A DNA stretch of 63,060 nt, the filler included. It is 5 parts of 5 records of this genome, joined end to end, with 100 filler letters (N's around TTAATTAATTAA, not from the genome) between each part and the next. Parts side by side here need not be neighbours in the genome. Positions count along the whole stretch, not along the records: positions 17,331 to 22,465 come from SRR31156797_10241; positions 22,566 to 40,708 come from SRR31156797_10248; 3 more parts are not named here. The stretch is one strand, 5' to 3'. Of this stretch, positions 17,924-28,043 are shown one piece after another. Position 1 is the first letter of the stretch. Each line of letters opens with the position of its first letter. The position numbers and the translations under genes were made by a program. A model generated the notes under the pieces. That model ran no database searches, was not told where the DNA came from, and was given only the letters and a program-made list of their open reading frames with translations.

Positions 17924-18934
17924 TTGATCGTCCCTGAAGCCATCATTGAAACCATTCTGAACATGAAAAATATTGTCGTCATCGGTCACGTGACGCCCGA
18001 TGCGGATGCACTGGCATCCATGCTGGCTATTGCCAAGGGATTTGCAGAACCAGGTGTGCGAAAGCTTGCAATTTCCCTGCCGGAGAACGCGGTTTCACAG
18101 CGACTTGCTTTCCTGATTGAACAAGATTGTCCGCCCAGAGCTGATCGTGCTGCGTTTGAGGCAGCGGATGGTTTCATTGTTCTGGACACTGCGAGAATCG
18201 GTCGTTGCTGCCTTCCTGATACAGTTTCCGAGGATTGGACTGAAAGCAGGACGATCATCAATGTGGATCATCATACGAGCAACACCGAGTTTGGAACTTA
18301 TAACTGGATTGAAGCTGAAGCTGCCAGCACATCAGAGCTAGCGTATGAACTTCTGGCAAAGGCGAATCGAACGATTACACCGGAGATGGCATCTGCCCTT
18401 TATTCGGGCATCCTCACAGATACTGTCGGCTTCACGGTTGCGACCGCTGGTCAACATGCATTCAAGGTTGCAGGCGAACTTGTTCGGCTGGGGGCTGATG
18501 CTGAGGAAGTAGGAGAGCGTATTCATCAAAGTCTAGGCGAGGGAGAATTCCAGTTACTCAGAGTGATTTATGACAACACAAAGACAGATGCCGACGGTCT
18601 GATTGCATACAGCACCGCAAATCATGAAGAGATTGTTGGAGCGGGATGCTCGGCTTCAGATATTGATGAGCAGGTCAATGTCCCGCGGTCCATTTCGGGA
18701 GCTAAGATTGCCCTGCTTCTTACCGAAGGCGTCTCGGGCAAGACGAGGATCAATTTTCGCGGGAAAGGCGGAATGCATGTCCTGGGACTAGCCAAACGTC
18801 TCGGCGGAGGCGGTCATAACAAAAGTGCCGGAGCGATCCTGGAGAAACCACTGGAAGAATCGATTCCAGTTGTTCTGAAGGAAGCTCGTGCCTGGCTGCA
18901 GGATTGCGGGAATGAACCGGGATTGTCCGACTGA
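17924..18934 (+). CDS. DHH/DHHA1 phosphoesterase (NrnA-like nanoRNase/pAp phosphatase)
   Basis: GH..PDADA, NVDHH, TDT, GGGGH..AG; TTG start after GGAG (alternative ATG at 17963). Confidence 0.9.
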   Translation: MIVPEAIIETILNMKNIVVIGHVTPDADALASMLAIAKGFAEPGVRKLAISLPENAVSQRLAFLIEQDCPPRADRAAFEAADGFIVLDTARIGRCCLPDTVSEDWTESRTIINVDHHTSNTEFGTYNWIEAEAASTSELAYELLAKANRTITPEMASALYSGILTDTVGFTVATAGQHAFKVAGELVRLGADAEEVGERIHQSLGEGEFQLLRVIYDNTKTDADGLIAYSTANHEEIVGAGCSASDIDEQVNVPRSISGAKIALLLTEGVSGKTRINFRGKGGMHVLGLAKRLGGGGHNKSAGAILEKPLEESIPVVLKEARAWLQDCGNEPGLSD

Positions 18935-19096
18935 ACAATGCGTTTGAATACCTGGAGGCATTGCCCTTCTGATATGCCATTTATTTTCAGATAATTACAA
19001 AAAAACAGCATCCTGCGATGTACTCTCAGGCCAGCATGGATACAATCTTTTTTTCAGGAATACCGATAAACAGAACCTAGTGGAAGATAAGAGATT

Positions 19097-19678
19097 ATGG
19101 CTCAGGAAAAACCATTCCTCACGATCGTATCGGGGCTGCCTCGCTCAGGCACTTCATTGATGATGCAGATGATCCACGCTGGTGGCATCGGTGCAATGAC
19201 TGACAACATCCGCTCTGCGGACGAGGATAATCCCAAGGGATACTACGAATTCGAGCCGGTCAAGAAGACAAAAGAAGATCCTTCCTGGCTGGAAAGCAGC
19301 CATGGCAAGGTCGTTAAGATGGTGCATCTTCTTCTTCTGGATCTGCCGCGCGAGAATTACAACTATCGCGTGATCTTCATGCGACGGACGCTTGACGAAG
19401 TGATCGCATCCCAGAACATCATGCTTGACCGCCATGGCAAGGGTGGAACTCCCCTGCCGGAAGATCGCCTGAAAGAGGTTTTTGAAGCCCAGATTCTAAA
19501 AGTACTCACCTATGCACGCGACGAGCCTTCCTTTGAACTCAAGGAAGTCTGGTATAACGATCTCCTGAAAGAGCCGCAGCCAATCGTTGATGACCTGGAT
19601 GCATTCCTGGATGGCGGAATGGATAAGACTGCGATGCTTTCCTGTATCGACCCGTCCCTGTACCGGAATAAACGCTGA
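19097..19678 (+). CDS. Sulfotransferase-family P-loop protein
   Basis: VSGLPRSGTSLMM PAPS-binding loop; IFMRR..EVIASQ. Confidence 0.8.
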   Translation: MAQEKPFLTIVSGLPRSGTSLMMQMIHAGGIGAMTDNIRSADEDNPKGYYEFEPVKKTKEDPSWLESSHGKVVKMVHLLLLDLPRENYNYRVIFMRRTLDEVIASQNIMLDRHGKGGTPLPEDRLKEVFEAQILKVLTYARDEPSFELKEVWYNDLLKEPQPIVDDLDAFLDGGMDKTAMLSCIDPSLYRNKR

Positions 19679-19726
19679 GTAACCGTCTGAACGAATTATT
19701 CTCAGGCAGGCTAAGGAACAGGCAGA

Positions 19727-20470
19727 ATGATCAAAGCCGTACTCTTTGACCTAGGCGATACTCTGATTCGCTGCGAGTCGACCGATCCCAGGCACTATTA
19801 TGCCGAGGGGATTCATATGGGGTACGACTACCTTTCCCAGCAATACAACAACCTGCCGCCATTTGAAAAGTATTCACGGAAAATCTATCACAGCATCGCC
19901 CTTTCTTATGTCTGGAGTCGGATTATCTTCGGTGAAGTCGAGCCTATCAGTGCCGTCCAGAAAGCTCATCGAGGACTTGGAATCTCCCTCGATACTGAGC
20001 AGGCCAATGAGCTTGCTGAGCGATACTTTCAGCCCATGAAAGAAGCATACAAGGCAGAACCGGATGCGGTTGACACCATTCGGACGATTCATGAAAAAGG
20101 CTATCGCCTGGGGATTATTTCCAACACTTTCACGCCTCCACGGGCTCTCGATAACCAGCTCGCCGACTACAAACTTCTTGAATTTTTCCCGATCCGGGTG
20201 TATTCCTGCGATGTTGGAAAGATGAAACCCCATCGGCGAATTTTCGAGAAGGCACTTGAGGAGTTGAATCTTCCCGGCGAATCCTGCATCTACGTGGGCG
20301 ACAAGCCGAAGATCGATGTCCGCGGAGCCCACCGAATGGGGATGACCGCGATCCTGAAACTTGGCGACCGGACACCTAAGAAAATCCACCCGAGTCCGGA
20401 TTTCGTCATCCACGAACTAGCCGAGATTCTACCTATCCTCGATTCCATCGGATCGCCCCTTACTGAATAA
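19727..20470 (+). CDS. HAD-superfamily hydrolase
   Basis: FDLGDTL, ISNT, KP, VGD..DV.GA motifs. Confidence 0.9.
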   Translation: MIKAVLFDLGDTLIRCESTDPRHYYAEGIHMGYDYLSQQYNNLPPFEKYSRKIYHSIALSYVWSRIIFGEVEPISAVQKAHRGLGISLDTEQANELAERYFQPMKEAYKAEPDAVDTIRTIHEKGYRLGIISNTFTPPRALDNQLADYKLLEFFPIRVYSCDVGKMKPHRRIFEKALEELNLPGESCIYVGDKPKIDVRGAHRMGMTAILKLGDRTPKKIHPSPDFVIHELAEILPILDSIGSPLTE

Positions 20471-20539
20471 CAATCAGCCTTCACTCTATCCTGCATACAC
20501 TCTGCATGTTAGAATCGAGAAGATAGATAAGGGTGATCC

Positions 20540-22465
20540 ATGGCAGGAATTCCATTTACTCCCGATCAGCAACGTGCGATCCAAACGACGGACAACAGCA
20601 TCGTCGTAACGGCAGCAGCAGGCTCCGGAAAGACTGCGGTTCTGGCTGCGAGATGCGCATATCTCGTGTGCGATCTTCCTGGCGAGCAGCAATGCTCCAT
20701 GGACGAACTACTCGTTGTCACATTCACAGACGCTGCAGCTGCCGAGATGCGGGAACGCATCACTTCCGTTATCCGCAAGCGGCTGAATTCGAACCCACAA
20801 GATCTTCGGCTTCGCGAGCAGCTTGCCTTGATGCCTGCAGCACAGATTTCAACGATACACTCTTTCTGCCGATGGATCATTCAGCGGTGGTTCAACCTTG
20901 CTGACATTGAACCAAGTCCCACTCTGCTCGATGGTGAACAATCCACCCTTTTGAAACTGAATGTCTTAAACGAGGGCTTCCTCCGGCTTTACGAGGCGGA
21001 TACTGAAGTCGCCAAACGTTTAAAACACCTCGTAGACATATACGGGATGGGACGTGACGAGCGTATTGCTGAACAGGTTCTGCAGATCGCCAATTTCGTT
21101 GACAGTCTGGCTGAACCCGATGAATGGCTTTCTCGGGCAACGGATTATGAACGAAATTTCAGTTACTGGTTCGAGTATCTGCTCTCCGTACTGCAACAGG
21201 AGAAGCGGGAATGCCAGAGGATTGTTTCCCGGATATTGACTGACTGGCCTGCCGGATCTTTCCTGGTTGATCCCATCGAAGATCATCAGCGAAGTCTTAC
21301 AACGTGGATTTCGGGGCTCAAGAATCAACAATTCGACGAGGTGTCACGGGCCATTTCAGATACTCGAATTTCATTCAGAGGAGGTCCGCAAGTAAAGACA
21401 GGTAAAACTCCCGATGATGTCGCTTATGAAATCAATTCTGCCCGACACGCCTTCAACAAGATGAAGGATCAGTTCAATAAACAGATTCCACCGCTGTTTG
21501 CGGGATTTACTCGGGACGAACTTCAGGCAGATCTGAAGAAAGTTCACCCGTTCGCGTTGACAATCATCGATCTTGTGCAGGATTTTCGCCACAATTACAC
21601 TCAAGCCAAGAGGGGTATGGGAGTCGTCGATTTTAATGACCTGGAGCGGCATGCCTACACGCTGATCAGCCAGAAGGAAGAAGTCTCGAAGTCTCTTCGG
21701 AATCGCTTTATGCATGTCCTGGTCGATGAGTTCCAGGACGTCAGTCCTCTTCAGGACGCCATCCTCCGGGCTGTCAGCCGGGAGGATGATCCGGATCGCC
21801 CTAATAATCTGTTTGTCGTTGGCGATGTAAAACAAAGCATCTACCAGTTCCGACTCGCTGAGCCTGAGCTTCTCCTGAACCGTGAAGCATCCGGAGAATT
21901 GCACGACCACCAGATCACGACCATCCGCCTGCGGGAAAACTTCAGGAGCCGGGCCTGCGTGATTGATGGCGTCAATGCACTCTTCCAGCGTCTGATGATC
22001 CCGGAAACGGGTGGCGTTGATTACAGGCAGCAGATCCTCAGATGCGGCCGAAGTGATTCCTACGCAAAAGAAAACAATCCGATCGAACTACACCTGCTGG
22101 AAAAGAATCTTTCCGAAAAAGGGAACCGATCCGATGAGGAATCTGACAGTGAAATGGAAGGATCGGCCAGCCCGGATATGACAGATCCTCACATGCGGGA
22201 AACCTGCGAACGGGAAGCCCATCTCATTGGAACCCGCATCCAACAGATGCTCGACACTGGTGCCACGACTGATGACGGTCGCCCGCTCGAGTATCGGGAC
22301 ATCACGATTCTTCTGAGGTCAACCCGTCACACGGCTGGCCCCATGGCAGAAGTTTTGAATGGCATGGGGATTCCTACCTATACCAATGCCCGCGAATCAC
22401 TCCTGGATACACTTGAGATTCGGGATGTACTGTCCCTACTCTCGATTCTTGACAATTTTCAACAG
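20540..22465 (+). CDS. addA: AddA-like UvrD helicase-nuclease subunit (3' truncated)
   Basis: AAAGSGKT, VVTFT..AA.EMRERI, ISTIHSFC, VDEFQD, VGDVKQSIY.FRLA, ENFRS. Confidence 0.85.
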
Positions 22466-22565
22466 NNNNNNNNNNNNNNNNNNNNNNNNNNNNNNNNNNN
22501 NNNNNNNNNTTAATTAATTAANNNNNNNNNNNNNNNNNNNNNNNNNNNNNNNNNNNNNNNNNNNN
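22466..22565. other. Artificial contig linker
   Basis: N-run + TTAATTAATTAA + N-run. Confidence 0.99.
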
Positions 22566-23363
22566 ACCGGGTCTACCGCCACCGGGACGACCACCGGAAG
22601 GTCTGTCGTCAGAAGGACGACGCCTTGCTCCGCCCGGACCTTCAGCTGCACGCTGTGCTGCCTGAAGGTTGGGATCAGGTCTGGAAATAATTTTTACTTT
22701 GGGCGCTTCAACTTCTTTTTTCTTTTTGCGCTTCTTCTTCTTAGGCTCGGCTTCTTTAGTCTTTTCTTTTTTCTCTTCCGCTTTTGCAGCAGGCTTTTCT
22801 TCAGCCTTCTTTTCTTTAGCCTTAGCGGGCTTTTCAGCCGGAGCTTCTTTCACGGGTTCTTTATCTTCAACAGCCTTGGCGGCGGGGGGAGTTTCCGCTT
22901 CGGGTGTTTTAGGCTCTTCTACTGCGGGGGCTTCTTCTTTTTTCTCAATGTCTTCAGGCTTAATTACTTTTACCATGGGCTTCTCGCTTTTAGCGGGAGC
23001 CTTCTTAGCCGGCTTCTTCTTTGCAGGAGCTTTTTCTTTTGCAGCTTCCTGTTTCTTTTCAGCCGGAGCTTCTTTCTTTTCTTCTTTTGCCGGAGCCTCT
23101 TTTTTAGTCTCCGCTTCTTCGGCTTTTGCTTTACCTCGTCCGCCTTTACGACGGCGTACGATTACACCTGGCTGTACCTCACGCTGTTCAACCTTTCCGG
23201 ACTTGCCGGAGAGTTCTTTGCGGATGGTATCTGCCTGTTCCGTATCAATGGTGGCTACAGTACTTTTGGCCTGTACACCGATTTCGCGGAGTTTTTGAAG
23301 GATGTCTTTGGTATTGACCCCGAGTTCGGTGGCCAATTCCTTTACTTTGATTTTTGAAGCCAT
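22566..23363 (-). CDS. infB: Translation initiation factor IF-2, N-terminal part (truncated)
   Basis: KVKELATELG IF2_N motif, K/E/A/P-rich linker, follows rimP-nusA-ylxR. Confidence 0.92.
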
Positions 23364-23369
23364 ATGGTT

Positions 23370-23615
23370 CTACCCCCTGAAGTTCTTCTTCCGTGGCCGA
23401 AAAAATTTAAATCTTTCAAGGCATTTTTCATTGCCGCAGACATAATAGCCTCGGCCCTGCATTACCTTTTTTTCATCCGGAATAAGCCCGCTGTCGGAAG
23501 CCCCCTTGCCCACAACGAACCTGAACAGTTCTTCTTTGGCAAAACGCTGCCTGCAAATGACACATGACCTCGTGGGGTCATGTTTTTCTGTGCTGTCCTT
23601 TCCGGTCAAATACAA
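23370..23615 (-). CDS. ylxR: YlxR/DUF448 RNA-binding protein
   Basis: PTRSCVICR..L.RFV..GRGYYVC..C; operon position. Confidence 0.88.
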   Translation of the reverse strand: MYLTGKDSTEKHDPTRSCVICRQRFAKEELFRFVVGKGASDSGLIPDEKKVMQGRGYYVCGNEKCLERFKFFRPRKKNFRG

Positions 23616-23654
23616 CTGCCTTTATTGAGTCTCCGGGGTTTCCCCCGGAGTATA

Positions 23655-25046
23655 TTATTCATCTTCTGAAGTCTGAATTTCAGACTCTTCGTTGACAGAA
23701 TCTTCAACCTGTTCTTCCACCTGTGTGGAAGTTTCGGTTTCAGTTTCTTCTACCGATTCTTCCGCTTCTACAGGAGCTTCGGTTTCAATTTCTTCTGTTA
23801 CTTCATCTTCAATGTCACCGATGCCCAGCAGCATGATGGCGGATTTCATGTCGGATACCTTGGAAGAAGTCATGCCGGAAATGGACATGAGGATTTCTTC
23901 GGAAGCATTGGCAACCTGACTCACGGTTTCAAACCCTGCGGAGAGGAAGTTATCAACCGGAATCTCAGCTACACTTGCCAGCTGGTCAAGGCCCTTGCTT
24001 GCGGCATTCATTTCGCCGTAGCGGCTTTCTGTGAAGACATCGATCTTCCAGCCCAGCAGTCTTGAAGCGAGTTTTACGTTCTGTCCTTTACGGCCGATGG
24101 CAACGGTGAGCTGATCATCGGGAACAACCACTTCAAGGGTTTTCTCTTCTTCATCCACAGCGATTCTGGTGATTACCGCAGGGGAGAGGGCGTTCTGGGC
24201 GTACATGGCGATGTCCTGACTCCAGACAACGATATCAATACGTTCACCGCGCAGTTCCTGAACAATGTTCTGGATACGGGAGCCGCGGATACCGACGCAT
24301 GCGCCGACAGGATCAACATCACGATCAAGGGAGTTTACTGCCACTTTGGCGCGCAGACCCGGATCACGGGCAACACCCATGATTTTGACGGTTGCGTCAT
24401 CCACTTCGGGAACTTCCCTTTTGAAAAGTGAGCTCATGTAATCGGGATGTGAGCGTGAAACAGTGATCTGGGGGCCGCGGGATTCTTTCTGTACATCAAT
24501 GATGAAAGCCTGAACCCGGTCTCCGCGTTTGTATCTTTCGCGGGGAATCTGTTCACCCTTGGGCAGGACAGCTTCGGTGCGGCCGAGGTTGATGATCCAG
24601 CCTGTACGGTCGCGGCGCTGAATGATACCGCTGACGATTTCATGCATGCGGTTTTTGAATTCATCGTAGATGATTTCCTGTTCCGCATCACGCATGCGCT
24701 GGATGATAACCTGCTTGGCGGACTGGGCGGCGATCCTGCCCAGATCTTCGACTTTGAGTTTGAAACCCATTTCGTCATCAATCTGCACGTTGGGATCGTG
24801 TTCTTTTGCTTCTTCGAGTGTGATCTCGCTGATTTCGTCTTCAACTTCTTCAGCAACTACCTTGAACTGGTAGACTTCGATTTCGCCGGCATCTTCATTG
24901 AAGTTGACTTCGATATCCATGGCATCGCCATACTTGCGGGCCACCGAAGAACGTACCGCTTCTTCAAGGGTATCGATGAGCAGGTCTCTGTCGATCCCAC
25001 GGTCCTTGCTGATCTGGTCAATCGCTTTTTTGAGTTCAGAACCCAT
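23655..25046 (-). CDS. nusA: Transcription elongation factor NusA
   Basis: GRIAAQSAKQVI, S1 and KH domains (ARDPG.RAK, AIGRKGQNVKLA); GGAG RBS before ATG 25046. Confidence 0.97.
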   Translation of the reverse strand: MGSELKKAIDQISKDRGIDRDLLIDTLEEAVRSSVARKYGDAMDIEVNFNEDAGEIEVYQFKVVAEEVEDEISEITLEEAKEHDPNVQIDDEMGFKLKVEDLGRIAAQSAKQVIIQRMRDAEQEIIYDEFKNRMHEIVSGIIQRRDRTGWIINLGRTEAVLPKGEQIPRERYKRGDRVQAFIIDVQKESRGPQITVSRSHPDYMSSLFKREVPEVDDATVKIMGVARDPGLRAKVAVNSLDRDVDPVGACVGIRGSRIQNIVQELRGERIDIVVWSQDIAMYAQNALSPAVITRIAVDEEEKTLEVVVPDDQLTVAIGRKGQNVKLASRLLGWKIDVFTESRYGEMNAASKGLDQLASVAEIPVDNFLSAGFETVSQVANASEEILMSISGMTSSKVSDMKSAIMLLGIGDIEDEVTEEIETEAPVEAEESVEETETETSTQVEEQVEDSVNEESEIQTSEDE

Positions 25047-25121
25047 ATCGCTCCTCCGCTTCGGCACAATTTCCATGACACATGTTCTGTGCCGGCTAGC
25101 CGAATGACTGCCTTATTAATT

Positions 25122-25589
25122 TTATTTAAACTCGTGGACGAGTTTTGCTTTCTTTATTCTATCCCATTCGATTCTGATGGGATCTTCCTGATCTTCTAGC
25201 TTGAGCAGGAGTCCTTCCTCGTCAGTCTCCTGAAGAAGTCCTTTGAATTTCTTGCGGCCTTCAAGGGAAAAGACAAGGGCGATGTCCATTTTTTTACCTA
25301 CATAGGCGGACATCTGCTCCGGTTTGAAAAATTTTCTTTCCAGTCCGGGCGAGGAAACTTCAAGAACGTATGCGCTGTCGATTACTTCTTCAACTTCAAG
25401 CATGAGACCTACATCTCTGCTCACTTCTGCGCACTGGTCAATGCTTACGCCGTTTTCACTGTCTATATAAATGATGACAGCAGGACGGTTAGCGGAAGTT
25501 ACTTCCACGCCCCAGAGGGTTAGCCCCATTGATTCAATGGTCGGCTCCACGAACTGGCTTACTTTTTTGGCTAATGAGCCCTGTTCCAC
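25122..25589 (-). CDS. rimP: Ribosome maturation factor RimP
   Basis: Y.LEVSSPGLER motif; upstream of nusA. Confidence 0.95.
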   Translation of the reverse strand: MEQGSLAKKVSQFVEPTIESMGLTLWGVEVTSANRPAVIIYIDSENGVSIDQCAEVSRDVGLMLEVEEVIDSAYVLEVSSPGLERKFFKPEQMSAYVGKKMDIALVFSLEGRKKFKGLLQETDEEGLLLKLEDQEDPIRIEWDRIKKAKLVHEFK

Positions 25590-25627
25590 GACTTACCCCG
25601 TATATCTGGTTTTCAGGCGGACAAAAT

Positions 25628-25816
25628 AAAAAAAAGTGGACCTGAAGAAGGCCCACCTCAGCATCTTAACCCAACGTAAGGTTGAAAAAATTGAGGCTGA
25701 TGCGAATGTATGAGGTTTGCCTGAAACTTCAAAAGTCTAGATGTATGCCCGTTGGGAACACTGAGATACACCCGCACCGAGTTCAGCAACTTAGGCATAA
25801 CCAGAATCAATGTCAA
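25628..25816 (-). promoter_or_regulatory. sigma70 promoter and rimP leader with terminator-like attenuator
   Basis: TTGACA(25816-25811)-17 nt-TAAGTT; hairpin GTGGGCCT..AGGTCCAC + T8 at 25656-25628. Confidence 0.65.
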
Positions 25817-26023
25817 GTCCTGAATGAGTGTTTGGAGTGAGGAATAAAGAAGTCTTAATGGGACTTGTATCGGTTGCAGGTCTGTTGATGAGTATCATTA
25901 TATTATAGTAGCCGCAACCCGGTAGCCTTTGACTTTGCCTTCCTATGCAGGTAGATTTGACTTACCGTATTATGGAATTATTATTTAATTATACGGAACA
26001 GACCAATAAACAGGATTTAAAAA

Positions 26024-26296
26024 ATGCCGGTACTTACTGATAATATAGTTGCAGGACCCGCAGGGCACGTGCAGGCCGCCCCCGCGGCGACTTTTAGTGC
26101 CGGTCCGGCCGGTTCAACCGTTCCCGGACCCGCAGGGCATGTGGTTATATCACCAGCCACACAGGGTGTTCGCAGTCTTGATGCAACCATTGCTTTTGAA
26201 GCTGAGGATGCCACCATCGGCTATCAAAGTCCTGAGGTTACTCAGGGTATAGTTCCCGAAGTAAGGGTTGGGGTGGTGGTTCACTGCTCCGCCTGA
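26024..26296 (+). CDS. Small hypothetical protein with GPAG repeats
   Basis: AGGA RBS, 90 aa, three GPAG units, followed by its own terminator. Confidence 0.55.
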   Translation: MPVLTDNIVAGPAGHVQAAPAATFSAGPAGSTVPGPAGHVVISPATQGVRSLDATIAFEAEDATIGYQSPEVTQGIVPEVRVGVVVHCSA

Positions 26297-26320
26297 TAAT
26301 AAGCCCGACTGATTGAATGT

Positions 26321-26360
26321 ATCCCGGTCAAGTGTATGCTTGGCCGGGATTTTTTTTGTT
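26321..26360 (+). terminator. Rho-independent terminator
   Basis: ATCCCGGTCAAG..CTTGGCCGGGAT stem + T-run. Confidence 0.8.
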
Positions 26361-26370
26361 TCCATGTCTT

Positions 26371-26387
26371 TTGGCCTGCACTTTGCA
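26371..26387 (+). promoter_or_regulatory. sigma54 (-24/-12) promoter of the flgF operon
   Basis: TTGGCCTGCACTTTGCA: GG-N10-GC. Confidence 0.75.
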
Positions 26388-26440
26388 TGAACAGGTGCAG
26401 CAACTAATGCGGAGTAAATCCTCTTTCAGGAGAAAAAGAC

Positions 26441-27208
26441 ATGCGATCCAGTATTTTCAGTGCCCTATTCGGGGCCATGTCCAACGAACACAGGATTGAT
26501 ATCAGCGCCAATAATTTGGCGAACGTCAATACTACCGGCTTTAAACGTGATAACTGCGCTTTTCAGGACACGTTTACCAGATTTGCCCATGACTACGTGG
26601 CTGACGCCAAACCGTATCTCAGGGATAAAGATATGTTGCCGGAAGCAAAAATCATGGCCCGTCCCAGACTTTCCGAAGAAGTGATCGACATGTCGCAGGG
26701 GTCTTTTCAGAAAACCGGCAATCCTCTTGATTTAGCGATTCGCGGTGACGGTTTTTTTAAGGTTCAGAAAGACGGCGGAACCTTTCTCACCAGAAATGGT
26801 GTTTTTACCCTTTCATCTGAAGGAACACTTGTCACAGAACAGGGGTATCCGGTCATGGCTAATGGCGGGGAGGTCAGTCTTCCTCCTCGTTCCAGAGTTT
26901 CTGTCGACGGCGAAGGCGTGATCTTCGCAGACGGTCAGGAGGTCGGCCGACTCGATTTTGTCCAGCCTGCAGATTTCCGCGCCCTTGAAAAGAAGGGGGA
27001 AAATCTATTTGTCAATGAAGGTGGAGAAGTCCCTGCTGAAGGTGAAGTTGTTCAGGGCTACATTGAAAAATCAAACGTAGAAGTCGTTAATGAAATGGTT
27101 GCGATGATTGAATGTCAGCGCAGCTTTGAGATGTATCAAAAGATGATAACCACCACTGACCAGCTTGACCAGAAGGTTATTCAGCAGGTTGGCCGGGCAA
27201 TGATGTAA
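26441..27208 (+). CDS. flgF: Flagellar basal-body rod protein FlgF
   Basis: ANNLANVNTTGFK; TGNPLDLAI; E.SNV..EMV; precedes flgG. Confidence 0.9.
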   Translation: MRSSIFSALFGAMSNEHRIDISANNLANVNTTGFKRDNCAFQDTFTRFAHDYVADAKPYLRDKDMLPEAKIMARPRLSEEVIDMSQGSFQKTGNPLDLAIRGDGFFKVQKDGGTFLTRNGVFTLSSEGTLVTEQGYPVMANGGEVSLPPRSRVSVDGEGVIFADGQEVGRLDFVQPADFRALEKKGENLFVNEGGEVPAEGEVVQGYIEKSNVEVVNEMVAMIECQRSFEMYQKMITTTDQLDQKVIQQVGRAMM

Positions 27209-27233
27209 TAAATTAAAACAGGGGGATATAATT

Positions 27234-28016
27234 ATGATGCGTTCACTCTGGACAGCGGCCACAGGTATGGTTGCCCAGCAGACTCACATCGACGTTCTTT
27301 CCAACAACCTTGCCAACGTGAACACTCAGGGGTTCAAAAAAAGCAGGGTGGAATTTGAAGACCTCATGTACCAGACCATGAGAATTGCCGGTTCAGAAAC
27401 CGAGGGCGGTAACAAGCTGCCCACAGGTATGCAGATCGGTATGGGGGTAAAAGAGGTCAGTATTCACAAATTCTTTAGCCAGGGTTCTTTTGAAAGCACC
27501 GGTAACCCCCTTGATATAGCTATTGAAGGTAACGGCTTCTTTCTTGTGGACCGCAATGGTGAAGACGCTTACACCCGTTCGGGTGCATTTAAGCTCGACA
27601 GCGATGGGCGTCTGGTTACCTCTAACGGTTATGCGCTCCAGCCAGAATTTACCGTACCCCCCGAAGCAGTGAACGTAGTTGTTTCTGAAGACGGTCACAT
27701 TGCCGCAGTGGACAAAAACGGTACCGAGCTTTCTAGTGCTGATATCACTGTTTATGACTTCATCAATGAAGCCGGACTGAATGCTGTTGGTAAAAACCTT
27801 TACGTTGAAACAGAAGCTTCCGGTGCGGCGATTCAGGGAACTCCGGGTGAAGATAACTTCGGTACTCTGGCTCAGGGATACCTCGAAGGTTCAAACGTTG
27901 AGCTGGTTGATGAAATGGTCGGACTTATTGTCGGACAGAGGGCTTACGAGACTAACTCCAAAGCGATCACCACTTCTGATTCCATGCTTCAGACTGCAAT
28001 TAACGTTAAACGATAG
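27234..28016 (+). CDS. flgG: Flagellar distal rod protein FlgG
   Basis: MMRSLWTAATGM.AQQ..NNLANVNT; 260 aa; QRAYE.NSK. Confidence 0.96.
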   Translation: MMRSLWTAATGMVAQQTHIDVLSNNLANVNTQGFKKSRVEFEDLMYQTMRIAGSETEGGNKLPTGMQIGMGVKEVSIHKFFSQGSFESTGNPLDIAIEGNGFFLVDRNGEDAYTRSGAFKLDSDGRLVTSNGYALQPEFTVPPEAVNVVVSEDGHIAAVDKNGTELSSADITVYDFINEAGLNAVGKNLYVETEASGAAIQGTPGEDNFGTLAQGYLEGSNVELVDEMVGLIVGQRAYETNSKAITTSDSMLQTAINVKR

Positions 28017-28043
28017 TAATTAACTGACAGGACGGGGTTTATC

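Noticed and set aside
20540-22465. addA with no upstream addB
   Set aside because: The gene is cut by the contig end and addB may lie downstream or elsewhere; not evidence of novelty.
22669-23298. 209-aa Phe/Ser/Ala-rich plus-strand ORF
   Set aside because: Antisense shadow of the Lys/Glu/Ala-rich IF-2 linker.
25590-26023. Possible tRNA between rimP and the flagellar genes
   Set aside because: No cloverleaf or GTTCGA T-loop found by eye on either strand.
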